63,724 nt of DNA, filler included, from Klebsormidium nitens (GCA_000708835.1; 8 parts of 8 records of this genome joined end to end with filler, not necessarily neighbours in it), one strand, 5' to 3'; shown: positions 26,103-37,200, counted from the first letter of the whole stretch. Numbers and translations: made by a program. The notes: a model not told the origin generated them from the sequence alone.

Positions 26103-26688
26103 GTCTACTAGATTGACCTTATCCTACTGCAGAAGCTTATTGAATTTTGCCAATAGGGACTACTTTCCAGGTTACTGTTTTTCCTTTGACCTTCTGGCGT
26201 CTGCTAAAAGGGATGATGTGGACAACAGAAACCTGTCACCTGTGGCTATGGATGCGCTACTTTATAACTACAGGGGTCTTATCTACTTCCGAACGCAAGG
26301 GGTGGGTACACTCCCCTTGGGCTTGCCAGTTGTGTTTGTCCTTCCAAGATTCCCTTTTCAGGACGCACACCTAGTATGCTAACTGGACTCTATCACTAGC
26401 TGTTCCACATAGGCTCTGAAAAAGCTCAGAGCTTCAATGTCCACTCAATCCTGACAGGGGGTTATAACACTGTCAGGGGCAAACTGAAGCAGATCCTTGT
26501 CCAGTAGGGTGATTTCCACTTTAGACAAAGAGCGGCATTGGCTGGACAGCCAATGTCTCTGGTCCCTTGGATTTCCTGCGCAGTCGACAAATGGCAGCCA
26601 ACAAGCAGTAAATGAAAAAGACTCTTCAATCAACTGATTCTAGTTTCAGGTAATTTGGGTCCAATCCCACCAGTCAGTCAAACAGTTT

Positions 26689-27753
26689 TCAGTAACTGAC
26701 ACAACAAAAAGGCAGCGCCTTTCTGGATTTTTGGTCCTTTACCTTATCCCTAAAGTAGGGGCTCGTAGTAGTTGTAGGTCTAAGTTGTCTTCCAGGGAAG
26801 GCCCTTGGGCGGCTTCTGGTGATGATGCTGGTACGGCTGGGCCCGTGCGGGGCGTACTTGGGAAACAGCTGCGGTGGGCGATAGGGGGCCAGTTGGTAGT
26901 GGCCTCTGTACGCCGGGTTGTTGTCCAGTCGGGTGAAGACAGACATGTTCTTGTACGCCGGGCCCTGATGCAACCTTGCTGCGGGGGCAAAGTGCACACG
27001 TCGGTTGGCTCCAAAGCCTGGGGGCCTGGGAGTGTCGGCGCGGTGCTGCTTGCGCCAGGTGGCGTTGTGGACCACTGGGGCAGGGGCAGGTTTGGGGACC
27101 CGGTTGACAGGACGGCGGTGTGAGTTGTTGACGGGGACGATGTGTTGGCCGCTCCGTCGCTGACGCCGTGGCTTGGAGGGGCGGATGTCCGGGATTTCCC
27201 TGATGGCTTCGTACACCCCGTGTTGTTTGGTGGTGACGTAGCGATGTTGAAGGCCGGTCTTCCGGGCTGCCAAGCGGTGACGCTCAACGGCCTTGGTACC
27301 GTCCAAAGCTACGTGTTGGGCAAACAGGGTATCCGCCCGCGTGACAGCGTGTTGCAGCCGGGCTTGGTCGATGTCGTCAGCCTGGGCTGCCAACTGTTGC
27401 TCCGGAGTGGGCTCACGACGGTCCCGGTCAGAGCTGGTGCTGATGTTGACCTTCAGGCTGCTGCGAAACGCTCTGGACGGACGCCCAGGGCACTGATCTG
27501 AGGTATGGAGGATTGAGTTAGGCCCGCAGCGGTTACACTGGGGCGGACTGGAATGCTGGGGAGATGAGGGCGGTGTTGAAGATAGGCTGGGGACGGCAGA
27601 ACTCCGCCGGCTTTTGATGGCGGGGCTGATGGGGGCGTCGACACGCTCCAAGAGTCCGGGGACACTCTTTGCGTTCTCCTCCCAATTGAAGTTCTGTAGG
27701 TGGGGAATGTGGTTAGTTGTTGCAGGCGTCCGATGCACACTAGCAGGGGACAC
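26689..27753 (-). CDS. Basic, Pro/Arg-rich ORF with one knuckle-like motif, probably part of the same retroelement region
   Basis: 354-aa open frame; CNRCGPNSILHTSDQC (C-x2-C-x6-H-x4-C). It lies upstream of and co-oriented with the gag-like gene. Confidence 0.35.
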   Translation of the reverse strand: MSPASVHRTPATTNHIPHLQNFNWEENAKSVPGLLERVDAPISPAIKSRRSSAVPSLSSTPPSSPQHSSPPQCNRCGPNSILHTSDQCPGRPSRAFRSSLKVNISTSSDRDRREPTPEQQLAAQADDIDQARLQHAVTRADTLFAQHVALDGTKAVERHRLAARKTGLQHRYVTTKQHGVYEAIREIPDIRPSKPRRQRRSGQHIVPVNNSHRRPVNRVPKPAPAPVVHNATWRKQHRADTPRPPGFGANRRVHFAPAARLHQGPAYKNMSVFTRLDNNPAYRGHYQLAPYRPPQLFPKYAPHGPSRTSIITRSRPRAFPGRQLRPTTTTSPYFRDKVKDQKSRKALPFCCVSY

Positions 27754-28407
27754 GCACTAAGTAGAATCCTAAAATGTCCAAAACTAATAGGACTGAATGG
27801 ATGTTTGGATGTCCGTTTACTGTAATCTGTTGCTGTATGATTCCAGCTATCACTGGTCTCCAAAGGTCCTTCTGGACCGTTAAGCGCTGTGTGCCGACAG
27901 AAGGTCCGACAGAATCGTCCGTAAAGGTTGACCTGAGGGGCCGGGTGAGTAATACGAATGCAGACACACTATTCCACTCCTGCGCTGAAGACTGGCACAC
28001 TGGACAAGCAAGTGACTTCCAAGTTTCTAACTGCGGACCAATGTAATGCCTGATATCGGCGTAAAGTTGGTCCACCCCACAAAGATCGTCCGAGTTCCTG
28101 TGCTGATATGGATATTCACTTAAATCTCCCGGCAAGACCTGACTGGCGATACTGCCACGGCAGCTGCTGATCTATTCTTCGCTGAACCGTAATGGCAATT
28201 TCTGGTCTATCCGCTTCCCACAATCCAGTTGGGTTTCCAAAACCAAAGTTTGTCAATCCAAGCAGGCTAATTCCTACTGTGGAACTCCGAGAAAAGCTCA
28301 TTCACACNNNNNNNNNNNNNNNNNNNNNNNNNNNNNNNNNNNNNNNNNNNNTTAATTAATTAANNNNNNNNNNNNNNNNNNNNNNNNNNNNNNNNNNNNN
28401 NNNNNNN

Positions 28408-29047
28408 GCAGTTCGTCGATTGGGAGGACGCTTCGGGTCGGGGGAGAAAAGGCTCCGAAGAGCGGCTCACTCAGCACTGCAGCGCCCCCAATCCTCGATC
28501 GTCAAAGGGGCGCGCGGGGGTGTTCATCGCTTGTTGCCAGGACCGAGCTCCCTTAGGGTACCACTGGCTCAAGGGGGGCGAATCCGTCTCGCCGGACCTC
28601 GGAACGGTGCTTCTAACGCGGTTTCCATTCAAGACGCTAAGGGGGCTCACGATTGTGGAGGACGCCGCTTGCAACGCCCAGGAGTGGTTCTTAAACCGGG
28701 TGCCGCAGTTGGCCAAGTTCATGTTGTTTGTCGTCGACCGATTCCACTCGGGGTCCGTGAGCTGTGCACCGGCGGGGGCGAAGCGCTACGCAACGCACAC
28801 GTGTGCGCCAACGCTGTTCATCGACTCCTTTCCGCAACATTGCCACACGATCACAACTGCGTCCGAGGGCATCAATTCAGGGCTGAAGAGATGTGCAGCT
28901 AGCCTCCAGCAAATCACGAGTATTAGGAGGTTGCTGAGCCGTGTGACGACCATACTCGACACGTTATTCGAACGGTCAAAGTACGCCGTCTATTGGAGTG
29001 AGTCTAGCAATGCGTTGAGGGACTCGATCAGGCGGGCGCGCGGCTGA
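28408..29047 (+). pseudogene. C-terminal part of a KDZ (Kyakuja-Dileera-Zisupton) transposase, 5' part lost in a gap
   Basis: GVFIACCQD...GYHWLKGGES...LLTRFP...IVEDAACNAQEWFLNR...FVVDRFH...ASEGINSGL matches the KDZ core (D-x-A-C, D-x-F-H, E-x2-N). Closely related to 34271-35094; frameshifts at its 5' end. Confidence 0.75.
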
Positions 29048-29059
29048 CGCGCGGCCTCG

Positions 29060-29622
29060 TTACTGTATTACTCATTACCCACCCTCCCAAGTTCCATTTG
29101 CGTTTTTGCATTTGTCATGTGGTGATGGAAGTTGGAAAGAGGTTCCATGGTAATAGAGTAATAGGGTAATAGAGATGTGTGTTCGAGGCTTCTTCATGGG
29201 TACAGTCATGTGTGTGTATGTGTGTGTTATAAGGTAATAAGAGGGTAATGATCTATTTGGTACTCAATTACTTCAGAGATTCGTCTTTTTTGCTTCCTCA
29301 AGACACTACATGCCATTCTCTATTCCTCCTCACCACCAACACATGACAGCTGGAGCAAGGGTAGAATCATGATGGGCGATGCTGCTGATCATTAGTATTA
29401 CTCTACTACTCATTACCCACCCACTTCAAGTCTTCTGCTCTTTATATATTTGTCATGTGGTGATGGGGGGTTAGAAGAGGTTCCATATTCGAATAATCCA
29501 TGGTAATAGAGTAATAGGGTAATAGAGATGTGTGCTTGAGGCTTCTTCATGGGTACAGTCATGTGTGTGTGTGTGTGTGTTACAAGGGTAATAAGAAAGT
29601 AATAGGTTGTTTGGTACTCAAT
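29060..29622. repeat. Two diverged ~210-225-bp direct repeats (29060-29268, 29396-29622) containing GTAATA(G/A) iterons and inverted CATTACCC motifs
   Basis: Shared CTCATTACCCACC...TTTGTCATGTGGTGATGG...CCATGGTAATAGAGTAATAGGGTAATAGAGATGTGTG...GAGGCTTCTTCATGGGTACAGTCATGTGTGTG...GGTAATAAGA...TTTGGTACTCAAT. Confidence 0.9.
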
Positions 29623-32407
29623 CACTTGTAGAAGAACCTACTTTTGTCTTATCTCTAGTCAATACTTCACCGTCCTCACCTCTTCTCACCTCCCACACAT
29701 GATGGTTCATGCAAAACGAGCACTTTTGCTCCGCGACCGATTGTCGCGACTCTTTTGAGGCATCAATCAGCTTCTCAAGAGCGTTGGGATCCGTCATCCA
29801 TGGCCCTTCCTTATCTTCGATATAGTCGAGCCGTTGCCAGGTGTCCACCCACTCCATGGTAGAGCTCAGAAGCTTGCCTTTATGGAGAGCCTCGCAGATA
29901 GCGCCCTGTGTGGGGAACCACCACCCCTTGTGTGTCCGTACCCCTTGAATGGAACGTGCCGCATGCCTCATGTTGAAAATGGCATTCAGGGAGCGTATCA
30001 AGATGTTGATGTCGGTATGGCGATCCTCTTTGATGTCCAACTGAAGCAGAAACATGTCATATGTCCGCTTGATGTCCGTCGATGCTACCCACGTTTCTAA
30101 AGAAGGGTGAAAGCACCCGTTCTCGAGCAGCGCTTGCATCATATTGACGTGAGGTGGAATCGAGTGTTCCTTCAAGCCTTCCCCCCAAGCTGTAATCGGC
30201 ATCTTCTGAGGATCCCAATTGGTTATGTCAATAGACGATAGATATCGATGGAAGTGATACGCGGTCTCAGGTTTCTCCAACTCGTCCATGAGCTCATCAA
30301 AGTGTTGCTTGTTTCCCATCTTGGCATCTGAAACTTGCTGGCAAGAGTATCGGCGATCGTCTGCCTCTCGTTTAACAGGCCAGAAGTTATTTGTGGTGAA
30401 CACAATGTTGCTCTTGTCATCCACGCTGATAGGGTCTTGGCCTTTGCGCTCCATACACGTCTCTTCTTGGGTGATTAAGGACTTTATCCGGTCATTCATC
30501 CGAAACGCGCCTCCCCAGTTTCCGGCTTCATCAAAAACAATAAGTAGCCTATTGGCTCCTAGTGAGTTGAATTTGCCAATGACCTTTTCGATCTCGTTGC
30601 AGTAAAGGTAATACTTGCCGCCAAGGATTGTCAATCCATAAAACTTCCACAATGAAGACTTTCCACTCCCTTGCCCACCGCGGAACACGAGGGCCACTCC
30701 AATCTTCTTCCAAGGCCTCTGAACGCTGTGTGCCATCCATTTCATATTATACTCAAATCGCTCGGGAAACTGATCACACAGAATGTTACGAATGTGCCAC
30801 ATGAGTTTTGGCATCCGACCCTCGCACTCTACGAGCTCTGATTCTGTTAGCTTGCGGTCGAGTGGTTTGAATCTCAGCCCGCTGAATAGGTTGAAATGTC
30901 GTGAGGACACCTTTGATGGGTCCGGCTCAAACACAATCTGATCGTATTCCCGGCGTTTTGGGCTGCTTTCCCAAAACTTCGCAACCTCCTTGCTCTTTCC
31001 AGATAGACTCTGGAGTTGGAAGTTCCTGCAGATCTCCAAGAAGTCCCGGCCGGACCGGTGGATAGTCTCCTCGGGCTCAAGCTGCCCGTTTGCGTCTCTC
31101 GAGTAGATTGTCTCCAGGTAGACAGCCTTCGTCGAGCGGACGACGGCAAAATAATGGTTCATGATGCGCAAAGCGAGATCGAGCAAGTCCAATTTTGCTT
31201 TACTTGTTCGTACGTCATCTTCCTTTTTCCTCCTTTTCTCATCGTTTTCATCTGTGGACGGCTCGAAGGGAAGAATGTAGCTCTCGCAAGTCTTGAAGAG
31301 TTCTCCTTCCACTCTCAGAGGCAAACACTCGGGCCAGAAGTGAATGCCCAACAGTTGCTTTGGTCGATCGATGCACCCTGGACTCAGACAGCGGTACACA
31401 AGAATGCACCCGTTGCTCATGATGCTAAACTGGTTCGAATCGTGTTGATGACCATTTAAGCAAGTTCGAGTGCCGTTTGTTTTGAACTTTAGGATTTGCC
31501 ACCCATTAGGGGTCCTTTCTCCAACACCGTTGAACGTGCTGCTGTCGTCTTGCATTTTATCATGCAGCAACCTCTTGGTCTCTCGGACCGCGCTTTCCAA
31601 TCCGGGCAGGGTCTCCGTGTTTTGCACATTTCCAAGAGTTGCTTACGGCATCGATGTTGAGTTTTGACCAACAGATGGTGTGCCATTTGAGTTACTCTTG
31701 CACGTTTTGTACTTTGTGGCCTCGATCTCGTCCTTTGCAGTCTGTTGAACATGGTCGTTGAGAAATTTTGCGAGCCAAGGAGGCATGTCCTGGCATGCAT
31801 CAAAGCTTGGAGGCCCGTTGAGCCATTCGTATGTCGCAAGCTTTCCGTGACCCTTGACATAGCTTGCGGGGTGAGCAAAAACGACCCCTCCACCAGCTCG
31901 ACCGTCAATACCATAGACAGTGTCATCAACCTTGATGGTCTCGAAGTTACGGGTGCATTTGAGGCCGGGCGAAGTCGCCTTGAAATAAAAATGATACCCA
32001 CCGGATCCTGATTGTGCTTTGAGTGTTTGAGGCTCGCCATGTTCCTTGACGAGTTGGTTCCAAAGCTGGATCCCCGGTGATTTTCCATCTTTGCTGGACA
32101 CATCAATATCGACCACGAAGATCCGACTGGGACGTGTCAGAATCGCGATGCCATTGGCGTCCTTCCTCTCCTGCTTTGCTTTATTGATGGAATCTTTCCA
32201 CAATTCGGGTGTTGTAATTTGGGCGTACGTATATGGAAATTCGGCATCTTTCTTACCCTCTTTTTTATTCCAGAACATGCGCACGGGGATTGCATAGAGC
32301 CCAACATTGGAGAGCCGTTCAATCTCTTCTGCAACGGCTTGGGGCCCTACGGGTCTGGGGACTTGAGCGGCCTGAGGTCTTGAGAGGCTAGCCTGGGCGT
32401 CTGTCAT
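29618..32407 (-). CDS. Bifunctional primase-polymerase (Prim-Pol) / Zn-domain / D5-like superfamily-3 helicase fusion, ~929 codons with one in-frame TAA at 31643-31645
   Basis: N-terminus: NGIAILT...IFVVDIDV...TLKAQSGSGGYHFYF (Prim-Pol). Middle: CLNGHQHDSN...YRCLSPGC. Helicase: RGGQGSGKS (Walker A), LLIVFDEA (Walker B), VFTTNN (SF3 motif C). ORFs 31643-32407 and 29618-31627 are in the same frame (STSMP*ATLGNVQNTET). Confidence 0.85.
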
Positions 32408-32492
32408 TTTCTTTTGACATTATGAGAAGATTTTAAAGCGGGCATTTCAAACGCGCGTGCGTCCAATCTTTCTTCGTTCAAATTTTCTTACC

Positions 32493-32870
32493 ATGACAAT
32501 AGTACTCAGTGACATGGAGTTCCACCATGAAACCGCTTCAAACGATTGTTGCACTTGCAAAGCGTGCAAAACTATAAAGCAATTTTATGAAAAGCACCCG
32601 GATGCTCGAAAAACCTACACGAAAAGGTACTACTACAAACATAGAGATGCAATCTTATTGGCCCAAGCCTTCGACCGCTACAAGAACGGGCATGCATGTC
32701 AACAAAAGACACTAAAGCGCCTTTTCAATGCTGGCTTTCCAGTGGAAGATTCCGTAAATGCATGGCAACACGATAATCATCAAATGACGTCTTCAGACAC
32801 GTCACTGGCAGATGATGCCAAAGTGCCCTCGCTCCATCTGAGCGCATTCACAGGGATCCAAGTGTCATGA
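32493..32870 (+). CDS. Small basic protein with a Cys cluster and Tyr/Lys-rich helix, divergent from the primase-helicase
   Basis: ATG at 32493; CCTCKAC followed by RKTYTKRYYYKHRDAI. It sits between the primase and the recombinase. Confidence 0.5.
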   Translation: MTIVLSDMEFHHETASNDCCTCKACKTIKQFYEKHPDARKTYTKRYYYKHRDAILLAQAFDRYKNGHACQQKTLKRLFNAGFPVEDSVNAWQHDNHQMTSSDTSLADDAKVPSLHLSAFTGIQVS

Positions 32871-32906
32871 AAAAAGCTGCCACATGGCGAGGAGATTGTA
32901 AACCGT

Positions 32907-33962
32907 TCAAAACTTGATCCGCGAGCCGTCCGGGTTAAACTTCTTTTCGTACGTTCGCTGTGCCATAGCTGCCGTGTGCAACATGCTCCGCGCGAGGTCG
33001 TCGCGCTCGGCAATGCTCGGAGCATCTTTGAAGAGGTTGCTGACGCAAATCTTGCGTAAAAGACACGAACCCACTTTTGCGTCCTTAAAAAGGCCCGTGC
33101 TGCAAACCTTTGTCAGATAGTTTCGACTCATTGGCTTGTCAGGCGACTTAATATGAGACAGAAGAAACTTTCTGGGAAAGACCTGAAGGCTTTCGGTAAT
33201 GACATTGTTGCATCGGGTCGACATGTCTATCGAAGTGGGTCCGTGGTGCTTGACGGTCTTATAATCGTTCAATACCAAACGAAACTGATCTTGTGCAATC
33301 TCTAAGAGATAGTTTCCGGAACCGGACATGATCTCACGTGCATCGGCCGTTTTGATGTCCTTCAAGCGCACAATGGGGCAATCGCTGTAGTCATTGCGGA
33401 TTGCTGGTTGATAGCTATAAAGGCACAGTATGAGGTGGCGAAAAAGCACGAATTTGTCCTCATCGGTCAATGCTTCGGGCCTCTTGTGCAGGAGCTTGCG
33501 GTTCACGTGCCTTTGCAGCTCTACTCGGCGCTCCGTAATCTCGTCCAAAGTCTTCCAATTCGCCGCTTCCCGCTCCGTCAGCTGTTGAGGAGGAGGCTTC
33601 GCATCTTCCATGAGCTTGCGAACCTCTATGTACCGCTTGTAATAGGCATCATAGAGCTGCTTGTCTTCGGGAAATGCTTTTTGCACGAGAACCAGAAGCG
33701 GATTTATCCCAGTGGCCTGCATTGACAGCTTGATGGGGTACGTTTCTTTCAAATACGTGATAATTCCGTCGGCATCCTTGATCCAAACGAAGCTGGTAAA
33801 GTCTTGTTGTCTTTTAAACCCTTGAAACAAGTGCATAACATGCTTCATATATTGTTGAATCGTCAGGTCCTTTCGAGTACCATCATCGAATGCCGAGCGC
33901 AGCAGCCTTTCTCCCTGGGTTACGGTGGTTATGCGTCTCGTGGTTTCAGCAGACCCTTGCAT
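32907..33962 (-). CDS. Tyrosine recombinase (phage-integrase fold), viral/PLV-like type
   Basis: Catalytic residues in the expected order: YQPAIRNDY (R), NDYKTVKHHG (K), CLLRKICVS (x-x-x-R), SMLHT (H), AQRTYEK (Y). N-terminal TIQQYMKHV resembles the core-binding helix. Intronless, 351 aa. Confidence 0.8.
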   Translation of the reverse strand: MQGSAETTRRITTVTQGERLLRSAFDDGTRKDLTIQQYMKHVMHLFQGFKRQQDFTSFVWIKDADGIITYLKETYPIKLSMQATGINPLLVLVQKAFPEDKQLYDAYYKRYIEVRKLMEDAKPPPQQLTEREAANWKTLDEITERRVELQRHVNRKLLHKRPEALTDEDKFVLFRHLILCLYSYQPAIRNDYSDCPIVRLKDIKTADAREIMSGSGNYLLEIAQDQFRLVLNDYKTVKHHGPTSIDMSTRCNNVITESLQVFPRKFLLSHIKSPDKPMSRNYLTKVCSTGLFKDAKVGSCLLRKICVSNLFKDAPSIAERDDLARSMLHTAAMAQRTYEKKFNPDGSRIKF

Positions 33963-34270
33963 CTTTCACAATTTTTGGATACTGCCAAGATTTTTTTGAC
34001 CACCTCAAGGTCCCCGATTCCAGATAACATGAATGAGCACGTTCAAAATCGTTCGCACGAAATCGAGATGGGTAGCAGCTTTTAACGGTAAAAACGGTTA
34101 TGAGTGCGTGTAAAAGCCGCCTAAAAAGCGAGATGGCCACTCAATTTTCAGNNNNNNNNNNNNNNNNNNNNNNNNNNNNNNNNNNNNNNNNNNNNTTAAT
34201 TAATTAANNNNNNNNNNNNNNNNNNNNNNNNNNNNNNNNNNNNNNNNNNNNCTGTTCAGCGCCGCTTCAG

Positions 34271-37200
34271 TTAATATAGTGCATACTTCGATCTCTCAAA
34301 CAGCGTATCAAGAATCGTTGTGACCCTACTCATCAAGCGTCTAATGCTCGTGATATGCTGGAGACTAGCCGCCGATCGCTTTAAGCCCGAATTGATCCCT
34401 CCGCTGGCTGTTGTCACGGTATGATCGTGCTGCGAGTAGGAGTCGATGAACAGAGTCGGCGAGCAGGTGTGCGTCGCATAACGCTTGGCCGCTCCAGCGG
34501 GCGCGCAGCTGATCGGGCCAGAATGGAATCGATCGAAGAGGAAGAGCATGTATTTTGCCAGCGGTGGCACCCTGCACAAAAGAGAGTTGTAAAGATTGTT
34601 AGTAAAGGCCATGAACGGAAAACGTGGTAAAGCAAAGGGCGTTTTGGCCACCAAAGCTCAACAGAAGCTTGAAGACTCACGTTAATGCATCTCGAGTTAA
34701 TGCAGATGCACAAACTGTGGGTCAAACACACGGATTGCGCAACTTGTATCACTCACCGGTTGATAAGCCATTCCTGGGCGTTGCAGGCGGCGTCCTCCAC
34801 TACCGTCAGGCCGCGCAGGGTCTTGAAGGGGAAGCGTGTGATCAGGACCGTTCCCAAATCTGATACGCTCTCGCCGCCCTTAAGCCAGTGATAGCCGAGG
34901 GGCGCCCGATCCTGGCAGCATGCAATGAACATCCCTGCTCGGCTCTTGGACGACCGAGGATTTGGGGCCCCACAGTGCTGCGCGAGCCGCTCCTCGGAGC
35001 CCTTCTTTCCCCGCCCCGACGCGTCCTCCCAATCCGTGAATTGCGGCCGCCCATAGAGTAGCGGGTGGAAAGCGTAGATTGATACGGCCCCCATGCACGC
35101 TCTCTACAGACAGCCGAGGCCTCTCGTAGAAAGCCGTCAAGACCGTAGCACTGGGGCTCCCGCATCCCAAGCTCAAACAAGAGGGTGTTGGCGCCCCCCT
35201 TGAGCGTTGCGCCAAGTTGTTCCGTATAGACCATGCCAGGGTCTCTTGAGTTGCCCACTGACCTGAGCCTCTCACGCTCCAAGAACCACAGATGCTCCGT
35301 AGCATCGAGGAGCGCAGCAAGAGGGGAGCGACCACTGGAGGCACTGGGACGGTTGGCACTCGGTTCGAAACAGAGGAGGTTGGTTGCGTAGATGTCCCGG
35401 ACGAGCGGACGTAGTGCCGCTGGAAAGGCGTATTGCCTAGGACCCGTTTGCACTCCGACCGTTGGGTGCAGCCGAAGGATGGCGGCTAGCATTGGCCCAT
35501 CGTTGGTGAGATAAGCGAGCCCCCTCTCGTCAACTGGCCCCTCGAGCAACAGATGTCGAAGCAGCTTCAGCGTCACGATGTGCCCGAATACCCAGCTGTA
35601 GCGGGGTATCAGGAGAGCGTGCACGAGGGCCGCGTATGGCTGGAAATGGGTCGGGCACCAACCTGTGGGCGCTACCGGGCCCCCTTTCAAAACTCCATCC
35701 ATCCAGGGCCTCCGGGGCACAGCCTTGCAGACCGCACATGTCGTAGGGTCGGCGCAGCTCCCGGACTCTGTCGCAAGGTCGATCAGGGCCCTCACGTTTG
35801 CCGGCAACCCCTGACGCATGGCAACGAACTCCTCCGCCGAAAGAGGCGAGTTGGCCCCCTGACCCTGGCCCTTCCAAAAGTTACACCATCGGAAGGCCGC
35901 TGCTCGTACGGCCGGCCTCAGCTCCGACAGCCCGTTCCTAAACTTCGAAGGGCAGTCGATCCCCTCGAGAGGAACGTCCGAGGGCCGCATCCCACCGACG
36001 CCCAGAGGGGTGAAACCCCCTGCCACGCGAGGTGCGCCCGGGTCCGGCTCACATATGCTATACAGAGAGGCCTCGTTGCTGTCCCGCATAGCTCTGGAGT
36101 TGGGGGAAAATGTGCCGTCGAACGTGATGACCTTATCCCGGCTGAAGGCGTAGGTTGAAAGATTCAGGGGCGGCCCCTCGGTCCGCTCCGGTTGGAGTGG
36201 GCATCCGGCTCTCTCTGCCTCTGCCTCAGCAGCTCGAACTTCAGACGTGTATAGATAAGCGCAATCAGGACGTTTGCAGACGTGCTGGATCCGAGGCCGG
36301 GCTGCGAGATCGTTGAAGGCCTGCATCGCTGCGTCAAAGACGCGGTCGTCCAGCCTGGATGCGCTCGGGCCTTCGAGGCTTCTGGTCGCCATGTTGTTGG
36401 CGTCAAAGTTGAGCGAATGGGAAGCACCCAAGGCTGCCGCAAAGTGGTTGCGCAGCAGGAGGCCGTGCGAGATGAGCGTCGTCCCGGAGAAGTTGAAGAT
36501 GGCGTCCTCCTGCAAGGAAATAGAGAGATACATTCAATCATTCAAATCCTACGTTTGAAACCAACCAGTTGTTTTGATCGGCGTCTTAAAGGGACAACCA
36601 TGGCTGCAAATGAGAAGTTCGCCGAGCCGTATTGAGCGTCGTCGGTCAAAAGGGTGCCCTTTCTCTTCGAGACTTGGCAGCTTCCGCATCAACCGTGCAA
36701 AGACGCCTAAGCGTATATTGGAGGTGTGATGCACGAATTCTCGGTGCCTTTCAATCGAACACTTGGTCCCAAACCGCTGATGGAGATCCGGCCGTGGCAA
36801 GCTTGCTCCAAGTGCGGTCGTCTTACTGATTTGGTGTGGCCGTTGCCTCCCCACGAGGAGCTTGTAGTCTGCGATTATTGCATTCATACAGGGTACGAGT
36901 CGCTACTTGGCTGCTTGACCACTCTTGATGCGCGCAAGTTGTATCACGTACAAAACTTGTCCAACTTGCAATGGGTGCCGCATCCAGAAAAGAGGCTAAA
37001 GACCCGGTATTATCTGAAATCCGACGTGCATAAGCTTGCCATTCGGACATACGGCGGGCCAGAGTGCTTCAAAGCATTCCAAGGTGCTAAGGCTAAAGGG
37101 AAAAAGCAACGGCGTGCACAAAGTGCAATAAACACTGAGCAATCGGTAATCGGTCCAGGTGGTGAGAACTAGATCTTACCTGACCGTCGTAAGCCACCGA

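Larger units (their letters stand above)
29060..34151. mobile_element. Intronless virus-like integrative module: tyrosine recombinase + small ORF + Prim-Pol/SF3 helicase + iteron repeats
   Basis: Compact intronless genes in an intron-rich genome, lower GC than host exons, and gene content typical of integrative satellites or Polinton-like viruses. The right boundary is hidden by the gap at 34152. Confidence 0.7.

Noticed and set aside
33963-34010. Giant-virus early promoter (AAAATTGA) upstream of the recombinase
   Set aside because: The minus strand reads AAAAATTGTG, an imperfect match in AT-rich DNA, with no equivalent before the other module genes.
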